63,644 nucleotides of DNA from an uncultured Verrucomicrobiota bacterium (GTDB lineage Bacteria; Verrucomicrobiota; Verrucomicrobiia; Palsa-1439), in the NCBI GenBank assembly GCA_903847335.1, contig CAINDI010000126.1, positions 1-63,644 of the forward strand, written 5' to 3'. Shown here piece after piece: positions 27,914 through 36,870 of the stretch. The notes under the pieces are model-generated. The model had not been told where the DNA came from, ran no database searches, and was given only the letters and a program-made list of their open reading frames with translations. Within the stretch, counting starts at the first letter, position 1. Every line of letters starts with the position of its first letter. A program made the position numbers and the translations under genes.

Positions 27914-28726
27914 TTATTGTTTACTGAGACACCAGTCCACAAAACCGGGGAAAAAGCGTTTCGCCCAGTGACCGGCGTTGCAGATGGCGGTGAGCGTGAC
28001 TTCGCGCCGGCGATGTCGGCAGGCGCGGAGGATGACTTTGGCGACGTGCGCCGGGGATTGACCAGGGAACGGCAACGCGCGGCGACCGAGTTCGCCGTAG
28101 TGGATTTGATTTTTGAAAAATGGCGTTTCGGTGTAACCGGGGAGAATGGAGACGACAGCGATGCCGTGGCGTTTTTCCTCTAGCCGCAGTGAATCGCTGA
28201 AGGCGCGGACGGCAAATTTGCTGGCGGAATAAATTGAATGTTGCTTCGTAGCGATAACGCCGAGGATGCTGCTGACGTTGACAATCTGACCACGCTCCTG
28301 CTGGCGCATCACCGGTAATACGGCTTGAGTAAATTGGAGGAGCGCGAAGAAATTAATTTCCATCAGTCGCCGGGCATCTTCGATTTTTGTTTCGGCGACG
28401 GTAGCGCGAAGACCGATACCGGCATTGTTGACGAGGATGTCAATGCGTCCAAATTCGCAGAGTGCGGTTTCGATGACTCCGTTGATGGCGGCGGAGTCGG
28501 TAATGTCGGCAGGAATGGGAAGTAATCGGAGTTGTGGGTTTTCGGCAGCGATTTGCCGGAGGACTTCACCGCGTCGGGCAACGATGACGACGCGCGCGCC
28601 GGCGCGACCGAAGGCGAGCGCGGTTTCTTTGCCGATGCCGCTGGAGGCACCGGTGACGATGACGACTTGATCGTGAAAATGTGATTTCACGAAACGGGAG
28701 AATAGCGGAATTGTTGTGGAAAGCAA
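27914..28726 (-). CDS. short-chain dehydrogenase/reductase (SDR)
   Basis: TGASSGIGKETA cofactor motif, NNAG, and the catalytic YSASKFAV. Confidence 0.85.
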   Translation of the reverse strand: MLSTTIPLFSRFVKSHFHDQVVIVTGASSGIGKETALAFGRAGARVVIVARRGEVLRQIAAENPQLRLLPIPADITDSAAINGVIETALCEFGRIDILVNNAGIGLRATVAETKIEDARRLMEINFFALLQFTQAVLPVMRQQERGQIVNVSSILGVIATKQHSIYSASKFAVRAFSDSLRLEEKRHGIAVVSILPGYTETPFFKNQIHYGELGRRALPFPGQSPAHVAKVILRACRHRRREVTLTAICNAGHWAKRFFPGFVDWCLSKQ

Positions 28727-28751
28727 CCGCCGGTAGGACTAGATTACCGGC

Positions 28752-29270
28752 ATGAACCAACCCAACTCAAATCTGGTGGAGGTGCATAAGGCGCGCGATA
28801 CTTGGGAAGGCACGTTGCTGACCAGTTACCTGCGCGACAACGGCATTCAGACCGCGTTTCAAGGCGACCCGAATGTGTCGTTTGATATGAAGGAACTGCT
28901 GCGCAATAGCGACGAGGCGTTTGGCTTGTTCGTGCTCGCACCGGAGGCGACGCGGGCGAAAGAATTAATCGCGGAGTTTTTGTCGGCAGCCACGGATGAC
29001 TCGGTTTTGGTGGAAGCGGCGGCGCAGAAATTGAAGGTCGATAAGGAAACGATTCACCGGTTGCGCGGCGAATTGGTGGAGGAACGCCGGACGTTTGAGT
29101 TTTTAGGCTGGATTGGCGTGGCGTTTCTCGGCGCAGCGGCTTTGTTGTGGGTGATTTGGCCGGCGTGGTTGAAAATCGATGCGCCACCAGGAGTCTTCCG
29201 GTGGTTGATGGTGGCGCTGCTAACTCTCGGCGCAGTTTTTGCCGGCAACTGGGCAAGCAAGCGGGTCTAA
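28752..29270 (+). CDS. hypothetical membrane protein with DUF2007-like N-terminal domain
   Basis: The N-terminal ~70 aa resemble the small signal-transducing-like fold (LVEVHKARDTWEGTLLTSYLRDNGIQ). Two C-terminal TM helices (FLGWIGVAFLGAAALLWVIW, WLMVALLTLGAVFAGNW). Confidence 0.5.
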   Translation: MNQPNSNLVEVHKARDTWEGTLLTSYLRDNGIQTAFQGDPNVSFDMKELLRNSDEAFGLFVLAPEATRAKELIAEFLSAATDDSVLVEAAAQKLKVDKETIHRLRGELVEERRTFEFLGWIGVAFLGAAALLWVIWPAWLKIDAPPGVFRWLMVALLTLGAVFAGNWASKRV

Positions 29271-29332
29271 CGGCGGAAAAGATTGCAGTTACCGGTGCGG
29301 AAGTTTATCGTGCCGGTGGTTACGGTGGCTTT

Positions 29333-29818
29333 ATGAAAACGGTTGCTATTTATCCAGGCAGTTTTGATCCGATTACCAATGGTCATCTCGACGTACTGCG
29401 TCGTGCGACGAGTATGTTTGACCATGTGATTGTGGGCATCGCGCCGAATGCGGAGAAGCATCCGTTGTTCACGACGCCGGAGCGGTTGGCATTGACGCGC
29501 GCGGCGATTAAGGGAATCCGGCGGGCGTCGGTGGAGGAATTTGATGGGTTGTTGGTGGATTATGCCCAGCGGAAGAAGGCGCAGGTGTTGGTGCGCGGGT
29601 TGCGGGCGGTGTCGGATTTTGAGTATGAATTTCAGATGGCGTTGATGAATCGGAAGCTGGCGGCGAGGGTGGAGACGATTTTTCTGATGCCGAAAGATGA
29701 GTACACGTTTATTAGTTCCCGGTTGGTGAAAGAGGTCGCGATGCTGGGCGGGAATGTGAGTGATTTTGTGCCGGTGGTTGTCCAAAAGGCGTTGAAAGCA
29801 AAAATTGCGGCGGGCTGA
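29333..29818 (+). CDS. coaD: phosphopantetheine adenylyltransferase
   Basis: ORF 29147..29818. ATG at 29333. MKTVAIYPGSFDPITNGHLDVLRRA (HxGH-type nucleotidyltransferase motif). Confidence 0.9.
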   Translation: MKTVAIYPGSFDPITNGHLDVLRRATSMFDHVIVGIAPNAEKHPLFTTPERLALTRAAIKGIRRASVEEFDGLLVDYAQRKKAQVLVRGLRAVSDFEYEFQMALMNRKLAARVETIFLMPKDEYTFISSRLVKEVAMLGGNVSDFVPVVVQKALKAKIAAG

Positions 29819-29841
29819 CGCGCGTCCTGCAGGAGGGACTG

Positions 29842-30300
29842 ATGAAAATTAATGTGCAGAATATTCCGGATGGCGGGGAGATGTTGCAGGGAAGTGAGCC
29901 GGCGTCCATTGTGGAGTTGGATGGACCGGATATTCGATTTGAGCATGCGATTGCCTATAATCTGCACGCGCAAATCCAAGAGCAGGCGCTATTGGTCACC
30001 GGTAAATTGCGGACGCCGGCGACGTTGCGATGCAGCCGGTGCTTAAAAATCTTCCAGTGGCCGGTGCGGGTGGATGATTTTGTGGTGCATCGGGAGTTGG
30101 CGGGCGAGGACTTCGTGGACTTGACGGAGAATCTCCGGGAAGATATTATCTTAGCCCTTCCACAACGGGCGCTTTGTCAGACAGACTGCCAAGGTTTGTG
30201 CCCGGTTTGCGGCAAGGATTTAAACGAAGGTGTTTGTCAGTGTCAGTCGGCGCAGGGCGATCTGCGATGGCAGGCGCTGGATCAGATTAAACTAAAGTAA
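29842..30300 (+). CDS. yceD: YceD/DUF177 family protein
   Basis: C-terminal CQGLCPVCGKDLNEGVCQC motif, and the conserved position immediately upstream of rpmF. Confidence 0.8.
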   Translation: MKINVQNIPDGGEMLQGSEPASIVELDGPDIRFEHAIAYNLHAQIQEQALLVTGKLRTPATLRCSRCLKIFQWPVRVDDFVVHRELAGEDFVDLTENLREDIILALPQRALCQTDCQGLCPVCGKDLNEGVCQCQSAQGDLRWQALDQIKLK

Positions 30301-30309
30301 GGGAGTTTT

Positions 30310-30492
30310 ATGGGCGTTCCAAAAAGACGGATGTCGAAAATGCGGTTGCGCACTCGCAAGGCAGCCAATCGGGCCAAAGCCCCGCAGCTCGCGCTGTGCC
30401 CGCAATGCGGCGCACACGTGTTGTCGCACCGGGTTTGCCCGGCGTGTGGGTTTTATAAAGGCAAGCAGGTCGTCACCGTGAAGACCGCTTAG
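30310..30492 (+). CDS. rpmF: 50S ribosomal protein L32
   Basis: MGVPKRRMSKMR... and the zinc ribbon CPQCG...CPACG. 60 aa. Confidence 0.95.
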   Translation: MGVPKRRMSKMRLRTRKAANRAKAPQLALCPQCGAHVLSHRVCPACGFYKGKQVVTVKTA

Positions 30493-30500
30493 CTCCGACG

Positions 30501-31538
30501 ATGAGGATTGCCGTTGATGCCATGGGGGGCGATTTCGCCCCACAAAATATAGTGGCGGGAGCGGCAGATGCGCTCCGAAGCAACGGCAAGATTACCAAGC
30601 TTTTTCTCGTTGGCGATACCACGCGCGTCGAAGCGGAACTGAAAAAACTTAATTTCAGCGACCCGCGTCTCCAAGTCGTTCACGCCAGTGAAGTCATTGC
30701 CATGGACGATCCACCGGTGCAATCGGTCCGGCGCAAAAAAGATAGTTCGATGTGCCGCGCCATCGAACTAGTCAAACAAGGCGAAGCGGACGCGATTGTT
30801 TCTGCCGGTAATACCGGTGCTTTGCTCACGGCAGCGCATTTGAAATTGCGCACTCTCGCCGGCGTGGAGCGACCGGGATTGGCGTGTATCATTCCGGCAC
30901 CGGAGAATATTTTCGTCTTGATGGATGTCGGCGCGAATCTGGAACCGTCGCCCGGTATTTTGGTGCAATACGCCGTGATGGGTAGTTTGTATTCCAAACA
31001 AATTCTCGGTTATCAGAATCCGCGTGTCGGTGTTTTTTCCATCGGCACTGAGGAGATGAAAGGGAATGAGTTGACGCTCGAAGCTTACCGGCGGATTAAG
31101 CAAACCGATTTGAATTTCATCGGCAACGTGGATGGCCACGATTTATTTAGCAATGTCGCCGATGTCATCGTGACCGATGCGTTTGTTGGTAATGCGGTGT
31201 TAAAAGCCTGTGAAAGTTCTCTGCGCGTGATGGGCCGGTGGTTGAAAGATGAATTGCGAAAAAATCCGCTCCGGATGCTGGGCGCATTGCTAGCCAAAGG
31301 GGCGTTCAAAGCGTTGCGCCGAAAAGCTGACCCAGACGAATACGGCGGCGCGGTGCTGCTTGGGATTAATGGGATTTGCATCAAAGCGCATGGCGCGAGT
31401 TCTGCGAAAGCCGTCAAGAGCGCGATTCGCATCGCGACTGAATTTGTCGAAAGCCATTTCAACGACAGAATCGTTGAAGAAATCAAGAGGTCGAATGCCA
31501 AACTCCAACAAATCCCCATTGCGCAACCCACGGTCTAA
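30501..31538 (+). CDS. plsX: phosphate acyltransferase PlsX
   Basis: MRIAVDAMGGDFAPQ and SAGNTGAL motifs. Conserved rpmF-plsX-fabH synteny. Confidence 0.92.
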   Translation: MRIAVDAMGGDFAPQNIVAGAADALRSNGKITKLFLVGDTTRVEAELKKLNFSDPRLQVVHASEVIAMDDPPVQSVRRKKDSSMCRAIELVKQGEADAIVSAGNTGALLTAAHLKLRTLAGVERPGLACIIPAPENIFVLMDVGANLEPSPGILVQYAVMGSLYSKQILGYQNPRVGVFSIGTEEMKGNELTLEAYRRIKQTDLNFIGNVDGHDLFSNVADVIVTDAFVGNAVLKACESSLRVMGRWLKDELRKNPLRMLGALLAKGAFKALRRKADPDEYGGAVLLGINGICIKAHGASSAKAVKSAIRIATEFVESHFNDRIVEEIKRSNAKLQQIPIAQPTV

Positions 31539-32526
31539 ACGTCCGCTGCGGCCGGTTCACATCGTCGGCACCGGCTCGTACGTGCCAGACCGAATTTTGA
31601 CCAATGCCGACTTGGAAAAAATTGTGGACACCACCGACGAGTGGATTACCACACGCTCCGGCATCAAAGAACGGCGCATCGCGCCGGATTATATTTGCAC
31701 GTCGGACATGGCCACGGAAGCCGCCCGGCGCGCGATGGACCAAGCTGGAATTCGTGCCGAAGAAATTGATTTAATTATTTGCGCGACGATCACACCGGAT
31801 ATGCCATTTCCGGCTACGGCGTGTGTCATCCAAAATAAAATCGGCGCAAAACGGGCCGCAGCTTTTGATTTGGAAGCTGCGTGCTCCGGATTCTTGTACG
31901 GCTTGGAAGTCGGTCAACAATTCATCACCTCCGGTACCTACGATACGGTGCTGGTTATCGGTGCGGAAAAACTTTCGACCATTGTGGACTGGCAAGACCG
32001 GAGCACTTGCGTGCTATTTGGTGACGGTGCCGGTGCTGCAATTTTGCGCAGTCGCGGCGAGGAACATGGCATTTTAACAACGTGTATGGGCGCCGACGGT
32101 TCTCAAGCGGATATTTTGATGATGCCGGCGGGTGGCTCAAAGTTTCCGGCGTCAAAAGAATCGGTGAGCGCCGGAATGCATCACCTAAAAATGTCCGGCA
32201 AGGAAGTTTATAAGCAAGCTGTGATCGCCATGCAAACTGCCGCTGAAGAAGCGTTGCGGAAATGCAATCTGACGATTAACGACATCAAATGTGTGATTCC
32301 GCATCAGGCGAATTCCCGGATTATTGAAGCGATCGCGGATCGGCTCGGCGCGCCGATGGAAAAAATTTACATGAACTTGCAACGCTATGGCAATGTTTCT
32401 GCTGCTTCAGTTGCGATTGCACTGGATGAAGCGGCGCGCGAAGGTCGTTTCCAACGTGGCGATTTAATCCTGCTCGTAGTTTTTGGCAGCGGCTTAACAT
32501 GGGCTTCCTGCGTCATTCAGTGGTGA
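31495..32526 (+). CDS. fabH: 3-oxoacyl-ACP synthase III
   Basis: ORF 31360..32526. ATG at 31495 is preceded by aagagg and overlaps the plsX end by 44 nt. IVGTGSYVPDRILTNADLEKIVDTTDEWI, AACSGF (active-site Cys), IPHQANSRI and GNVSAASV motifs. Confidence 0.9.
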   Translation: MPNSNKSPLRNPRSKRPLRPVHIVGTGSYVPDRILTNADLEKIVDTTDEWITTRSGIKERRIAPDYICTSDMATEAARRAMDQAGIRAEEIDLIICATITPDMPFPATACVIQNKIGAKRAAAFDLEAACSGFLYGLEVGQQFITSGTYDTVLVIGAEKLSTIVDWQDRSTCVLFGDGAGAAILRSRGEEHGILTTCMGADGSQADILMMPAGGSKFPASKESVSAGMHHLKMSGKEVYKQAVIAMQTAAEEALRKCNLTINDIKCVIPHQANSRIIEAIADRLGAPMEKIYMNLQRYGNVSAASVAIALDEAAREGRFQRGDLILLVVFGSGLTWASCVIQW

Positions 32527-32530
32527 GCAC

Positions 32531-33625
32531 ATGAATTATCTTCATAACTTACTGCAAGTAGCGGTGGATCAAGGCGCGTCGGATATTCATGTCAAACCAG
32601 ATCATCGCGTGACGTTTCGAGTTAACAGTGCGCTCATTTCAGCGCCGGTGGACATTCCGAATAAGGAATCTGTCGCTGGAATCGTCAAAAGTATTCTGCC
32701 GGCACATTTGGTCGAGCGACTGAATCATGAAAAGGAAGTAGATTTTTCTTACTTCCATGATAATCGCTGGCGCTTCCGCGTAAATATATTTTCTCAACGC
32801 GGAAATTTCTGCATCGCCATGCGCTCAGTTAAAAACAAAATTCCATCGTTTGCAGATTTGCATATGCCGGAGCAACTCGGGAAAATTGCGGCTTCTGAAA
32901 ACGGGATTGTGTTTGTGACCGGTGTGACCGGTAGCGGTAAATCAAGTACGTTAGCGGCCATGCTTGAGTCAATTAATCTCACTGAAAAAAGTCACATCAT
33001 CACTCTGGAAGATCCCATCGAATACGTTTTCGAAGACAAACAATCCGTAATCGAGCAGCGGGAAATCGGCCTCGATACGACGAGCTTTGCCAGCGCGCTG
33101 GTTCATGTCATGCGTCAAGATCCGGATGTCATCATGGTCGGAGAAATGCGCGACAGCCAATCTTTTATGGCCGCATTAGCTGCCGCTGATACCGGCCACT
33201 TGGTTTTAACTACACTCCATACAATTAATGCTTCCTCAGCAATTGGGCGGATTCTTGATTTTTTCCCCGCCGATGAAGGCGATCAAATCCGCCGTCAACT
33301 TGCGATTAATTTGCGAGCGATTATCTGCCAACGTCTTGTCCCGGCAGTTTCGGGAGGCGTTGTCCCGGCGGTTGAGATTTTAATCAACACGCCAATCGTT
33401 CGTAAATTCATCGAAGAAAATCGCCTCGATAAACTTTCTGCAGCAATTGAAACCGGCGGTGAAGATGGAATGCAGTCATTCAATCAAGCGCTTTTGAAGC
33501 TTGCCAAAGCGAAACTGATTACTGAAGCTGAAGCCTTATCGAAGGCAACAAATCCTGATGCATTGAAAATGAATCTCCGCGGTATTTTTCTGGATGAAAA
33601 CCGTCGGATTCTTTCATCCGCATAG
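32531..33625 (+). CDS. pilT: type IV pilus retraction ATPase PilT family
   Basis: Walker A GVTGSGKSST, Asp/His boxes (ITLEDPIEYVF, MVGEMRD, TGHLVLTTLHT). 364 aa. Confidence 0.85.
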   Translation: MNYLHNLLQVAVDQGASDIHVKPDHRVTFRVNSALISAPVDIPNKESVAGIVKSILPAHLVERLNHEKEVDFSYFHDNRWRFRVNIFSQRGNFCIAMRSVKNKIPSFADLHMPEQLGKIAASENGIVFVTGVTGSGKSSTLAAMLESINLTEKSHIITLEDPIEYVFEDKQSVIEQREIGLDTTSFASALVHVMRQDPDVIMVGEMRDSQSFMAALAAADTGHLVLTTLHTINASSAIGRILDFFPADEGDQIRRQLAINLRAIICQRLVPAVSGGVVPAVEILINTPIVRKFIEENRLDKLSAAIETGGEDGMQSFNQALLKLAKAKLITEAEALSKATNPDALKMNLRGIFLDENRRILSSA

Positions 33626-33679
33626 TTGCCCCTCCGCAGTCTTCTGATATACTTCCGTGCAGTTGCGATTATTGACACT

Positions 33680-35044
33680 ATGGAAGATACTATTGCTGCA
33701 ATTTCCACACCAATTGGCGAAGGCGGCATTGCAATTATTCGCATTTCTGGCTCACAGGCATTAGCAATTGCTGATACCATGTTTGTTTCTACAAAAGGTT
33801 TACCGTCAACCTACCGAAGCCACACAATTCACCTTGGACGAGTTATTAACGAGAGTCGACAGCCGCTTGACGAAGTTCTGCTCACCGTCCTACGCCATCC
33901 CTACACTTATACAACGGAAGACACGGTGGAAATTAATTGCCATGGCGGTCGACAGATTGCCCGCACCGTTCTAGCGGAATGTCTCCAGCGAGGAGCTCGT
34001 CTCGCTGAACCCGGCGAATTTACCAAACGCGCCTTTCTTAATGGCCGCATTGACCTGACTCAAGCTGAAGCCGTTATGGATGTAATTTCTGCCAAAACAG
34101 ATCGCGCCCATATGGCGGCAGAACAGGCTCTCGAAGGCAGCCTCTCTCGCAAAGTCGAAAAACTCCGCCAACAATTGCTTTCTATTCTCGCCCATGTCGA
34201 AGCGCACATTGACTTTCCCGAAGAAGATATTTCACCCGCCATCTCCGGTGAGTTAGAAATTGAACTCACCAGCATCATTGCATCTCTTGAACAATTATTA
34301 GCAACCAGCAAAGAAGGAAAAATTTTGCGGGAAGGTATTTCGGTGGCGATTGTTGGTCGTCCAAATGTTGGCAAGTCTAGTTTAATGAATGCACTACTTG
34401 GAACCGAACGCTCCATTGTGACCGCCACCCCCGGAACCACTCGCGACACAATCGAAGAATCCGCCAATATTCGTGGAATTCCAGTAAAATTTATCGACAC
34501 GGCAGGTATTCGTAAGGCACGCGGAAAAGCTGAAGAAATTGGAATAAATAAAAGCCATAATGCTTTTATTGAAAGCGACTTATGTATACATGTATTAGAC
34601 ATATCAAGGCTGTTTTCTAAAACTGATTTTAATCTTTTAAAACGTTTTTATAAAAAAAATGTCATCTATGTTTTGAATAAATACGATCTACCTCATAAGT
34701 TAATACTCCCAACAAACATACAACATATTGACGCATTAAAAATATCTACTATGACAGGTTACGGAATTGAGGTTCTGAAAGATCGGATAGAAAAAATATC
34801 GTTAAACAATTCACCGGTGTCATTTGATTTTGAAGTTTTAATTAATGAACGCCACTCTGAAGCATTACAGCGAGCAATCAAGGCATTGAAACTTGCCTTA
34901 TCCGACATGCAGAAAAACGCCAGCATTGAAGTAATATCTCAGCAAATTCGGATTGGATTTTCCATAATTGGAGAAATTGTTGGTAAAACAACAACTGAAG
35001 ATTTGATGGAGAAAATTTTTAGTAAGTTCTGTATTGGAAAGTGA
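33680..35044 (+). CDS. mnmE: tRNA modification GTPase MnmE
   Basis: ORF 33626..35044. ATG at 33680. DTIAAISTPIGEGGIAIIRISG, G1 GRPNVGKSS, G3 DTAG, G4 NKYD and the C-terminal CIGK. Confidence 0.92.
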   Translation: MEDTIAAISTPIGEGGIAIIRISGSQALAIADTMFVSTKGLPSTYRSHTIHLGRVINESRQPLDEVLLTVLRHPYTYTTEDTVEINCHGGRQIARTVLAECLQRGARLAEPGEFTKRAFLNGRIDLTQAEAVMDVISAKTDRAHMAAEQALEGSLSRKVEKLRQQLLSILAHVEAHIDFPEEDISPAISGELEIELTSIIASLEQLLATSKEGKILREGISVAIVGRPNVGKSSLMNALLGTERSIVTATPGTTRDTIEESANIRGIPVKFIDTAGIRKARGKAEEIGINKSHNAFIESDLCIHVLDISRLFSKTDFNLLKRFYKKNVIYVLNKYDLPHKLILPTNIQHIDALKISTMTGYGIEVLKDRIEKISLNNSPVSFDFEVLINERHSEALQRAIKALKLALSDMQKNASIEVISQQIRIGFSIIGEIVGKTTTEDLMEKIFSKFCIGK

Positions 35045-36870
35045 TAACATTGCTAATTTATCCAAAAAAATATCATGTAATTGTTGTTGGTGCTGGACAC
35101 GCCGGAACTGAAGCTGCGCTAGCCTCTGCTCGAATTGGATGCTCAACACTATTGTTGACATCCAACCTCGATACAATAGCACAAATGTCATGTAATCCAG
35201 CGATTGGCGGTCAATCTAAAGGGCAAATCGCCAGAGAAATTGATGCTTTGGGTGGTGAAATGGGATTAAACACCGACAAAACTGGCATTCAGTTCCGTAT
35301 GCTTAACACTAAAAATGGACCTGCAGTTCGGGCGCCACGTGCCCAATGTGACAAAAAGGCTTATCAGCTTCGGATGAAGCTAATAGTTGAATCCCAATAT
35401 TTATTAGACGTAAAACAAGCAATGATTGAAGAATTAGTAATCGAACAAGACAAAATATATGGAGTAATTACAAGCATCGGCATGCGCTATGATGCGGATG
35501 CAATTATTATCACCACCGGAACTTTTCTCAGAGGATTGATTCACATTGGAGAATCGAAAATCGAAGCTGGTCGTTCTGCTGAACCGGCATCAATAGGAAT
35601 GTCTGTAAATTTAAAAAAGTTAGGTTTTGAACTTGGAAGATTAAAAACCGGAACCCCTCCGAGGTTAAATCGGAGATCTATTGACTTTTCAAAGATGGAT
35701 ATTCAAATAGGAGATAAAAAGCCTTCTTACTTTTCTTTTCGAACCACACCAATGTTCCATGTGGAACAACTACCTTGTTATATCACTTATACAACGGAAA
35801 AAACTAAAACAATTATTACAAAAAATCTCCATAGATCCCCTTTATATTCTGGAAATATTCAAGGGATTGGACCTCGATATTGTCCATCGATTGAAGATAA
35901 AATTGTAAAATTCGCAGAAAAAGAGCGCCATCAAATCTTTTTAGAACCAGAAGGAAGACTTACCGATGAATTTTACCTCAATGGCGCATCATCGAGTCTA
36001 CCGGAAGATATTCAACTCGACGTCGTGCATAGTATCATTGGTCTTGAAAATGCGGAAATAATGCGACCGGCTTATGCGATTGAGTATGATTATAGCTTAC
36101 CTCACCAACTGCATGCTACTCTCGAAACAAAGTTAATTGAAGGTCTATACTTCGCCGGACAACTCAATGGAACATCTGGTTACGAAGAAGCTGGTGCTCA
36201 AGGTATAGTTGCCGGTATTAATGCCGCACTAAAGATTAAATCAAAAAAACAAATAAAATTTACCAGAGCCGATAGTTATATTGGAGTTTTAATCGACGAT
36301 TTAATCACAAAAAGCACTGAAGAGCCTTATCGCATGTTTACATCGCGTGCTGAATATCGTCTTCAACTTCGTCAAGATAATGCAGATATTCGTTTAACTA
36401 AAATCGGGAGAGAAGTTGGATTGGTAAATGACACGCAATGGAATTTATTTTCTAAACGCAAGCAGTTAATTGCAGAAGAAACTGCTCGCCTGCTTCATTT
36501 ACGAGAGGATTCATTGACATATTCCGAATTATTACGGCGTCCGGAGGTAAGTTATCAATCATTGCCAAAGGCAAACTTAAGCCTACCGATTGATGTGCAA
36601 GAACAAGTTGAAATCCAGATCAAATATGCTGGCTATATTTCTAGAGATCTTGAACAGATTCAACGCTTTACACAATTAGAAGAAAAACAAATACCGTCTT
36701 GGATTGATTACGAAAAAATTCCTTCATTGCGATTTGAATCGCGTCAAAAATTAATTCGCTACAGACCGGACTCTATTGGACAAGCATCGAGAATTTCCGG
36801 GGTTACTCCATCGGATGTAACGCTTCTATTGATTTGGCTGAAGAAAGCCGAAACGAATCAAGATTTGTGA
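35041..36870 (+). CDS. mnmG: tRNA uridine 5-carboxymethylaminomethyl modification enzyme MnmG (GidA)
   Basis: GTGA overlap with mnmE. FAD motif VIVVGAGHAGTEAA, MSCNPAIGG, GPRYCPSIEDK. Confidence 0.93.
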   Translation: MITLLIYPKKYHVIVVGAGHAGTEAALASARIGCSTLLLTSNLDTIAQMSCNPAIGGQSKGQIAREIDALGGEMGLNTDKTGIQFRMLNTKNGPAVRAPRAQCDKKAYQLRMKLIVESQYLLDVKQAMIEELVIEQDKIYGVITSIGMRYDADAIIITTGTFLRGLIHIGESKIEAGRSAEPASIGMSVNLKKLGFELGRLKTGTPPRLNRRSIDFSKMDIQIGDKKPSYFSFRTTPMFHVEQLPCYITYTTEKTKTIITKNLHRSPLYSGNIQGIGPRYCPSIEDKIVKFAEKERHQIFLEPEGRLTDEFYLNGASSSLPEDIQLDVVHSIIGLENAEIMRPAYAIEYDYSLPHQLHATLETKLIEGLYFAGQLNGTSGYEEAGAQGIVAGINAALKIKSKKQIKFTRADSYIGVLIDDLITKSTEEPYRMFTSRAEYRLQLRQDNADIRLTKIGREVGLVNDTQWNLFSKRKQLIAEETARLLHLREDSLTYSELLRRPEVSYQSLPKANLSLPIDVQEQVEIQIKYAGYISRDLEQIQRFTQLEEKQIPSWIDYEKIPSLRFESRQKLIRYRPDSIGQASRISGVTPSDVTLLLIWLKKAETNQDL

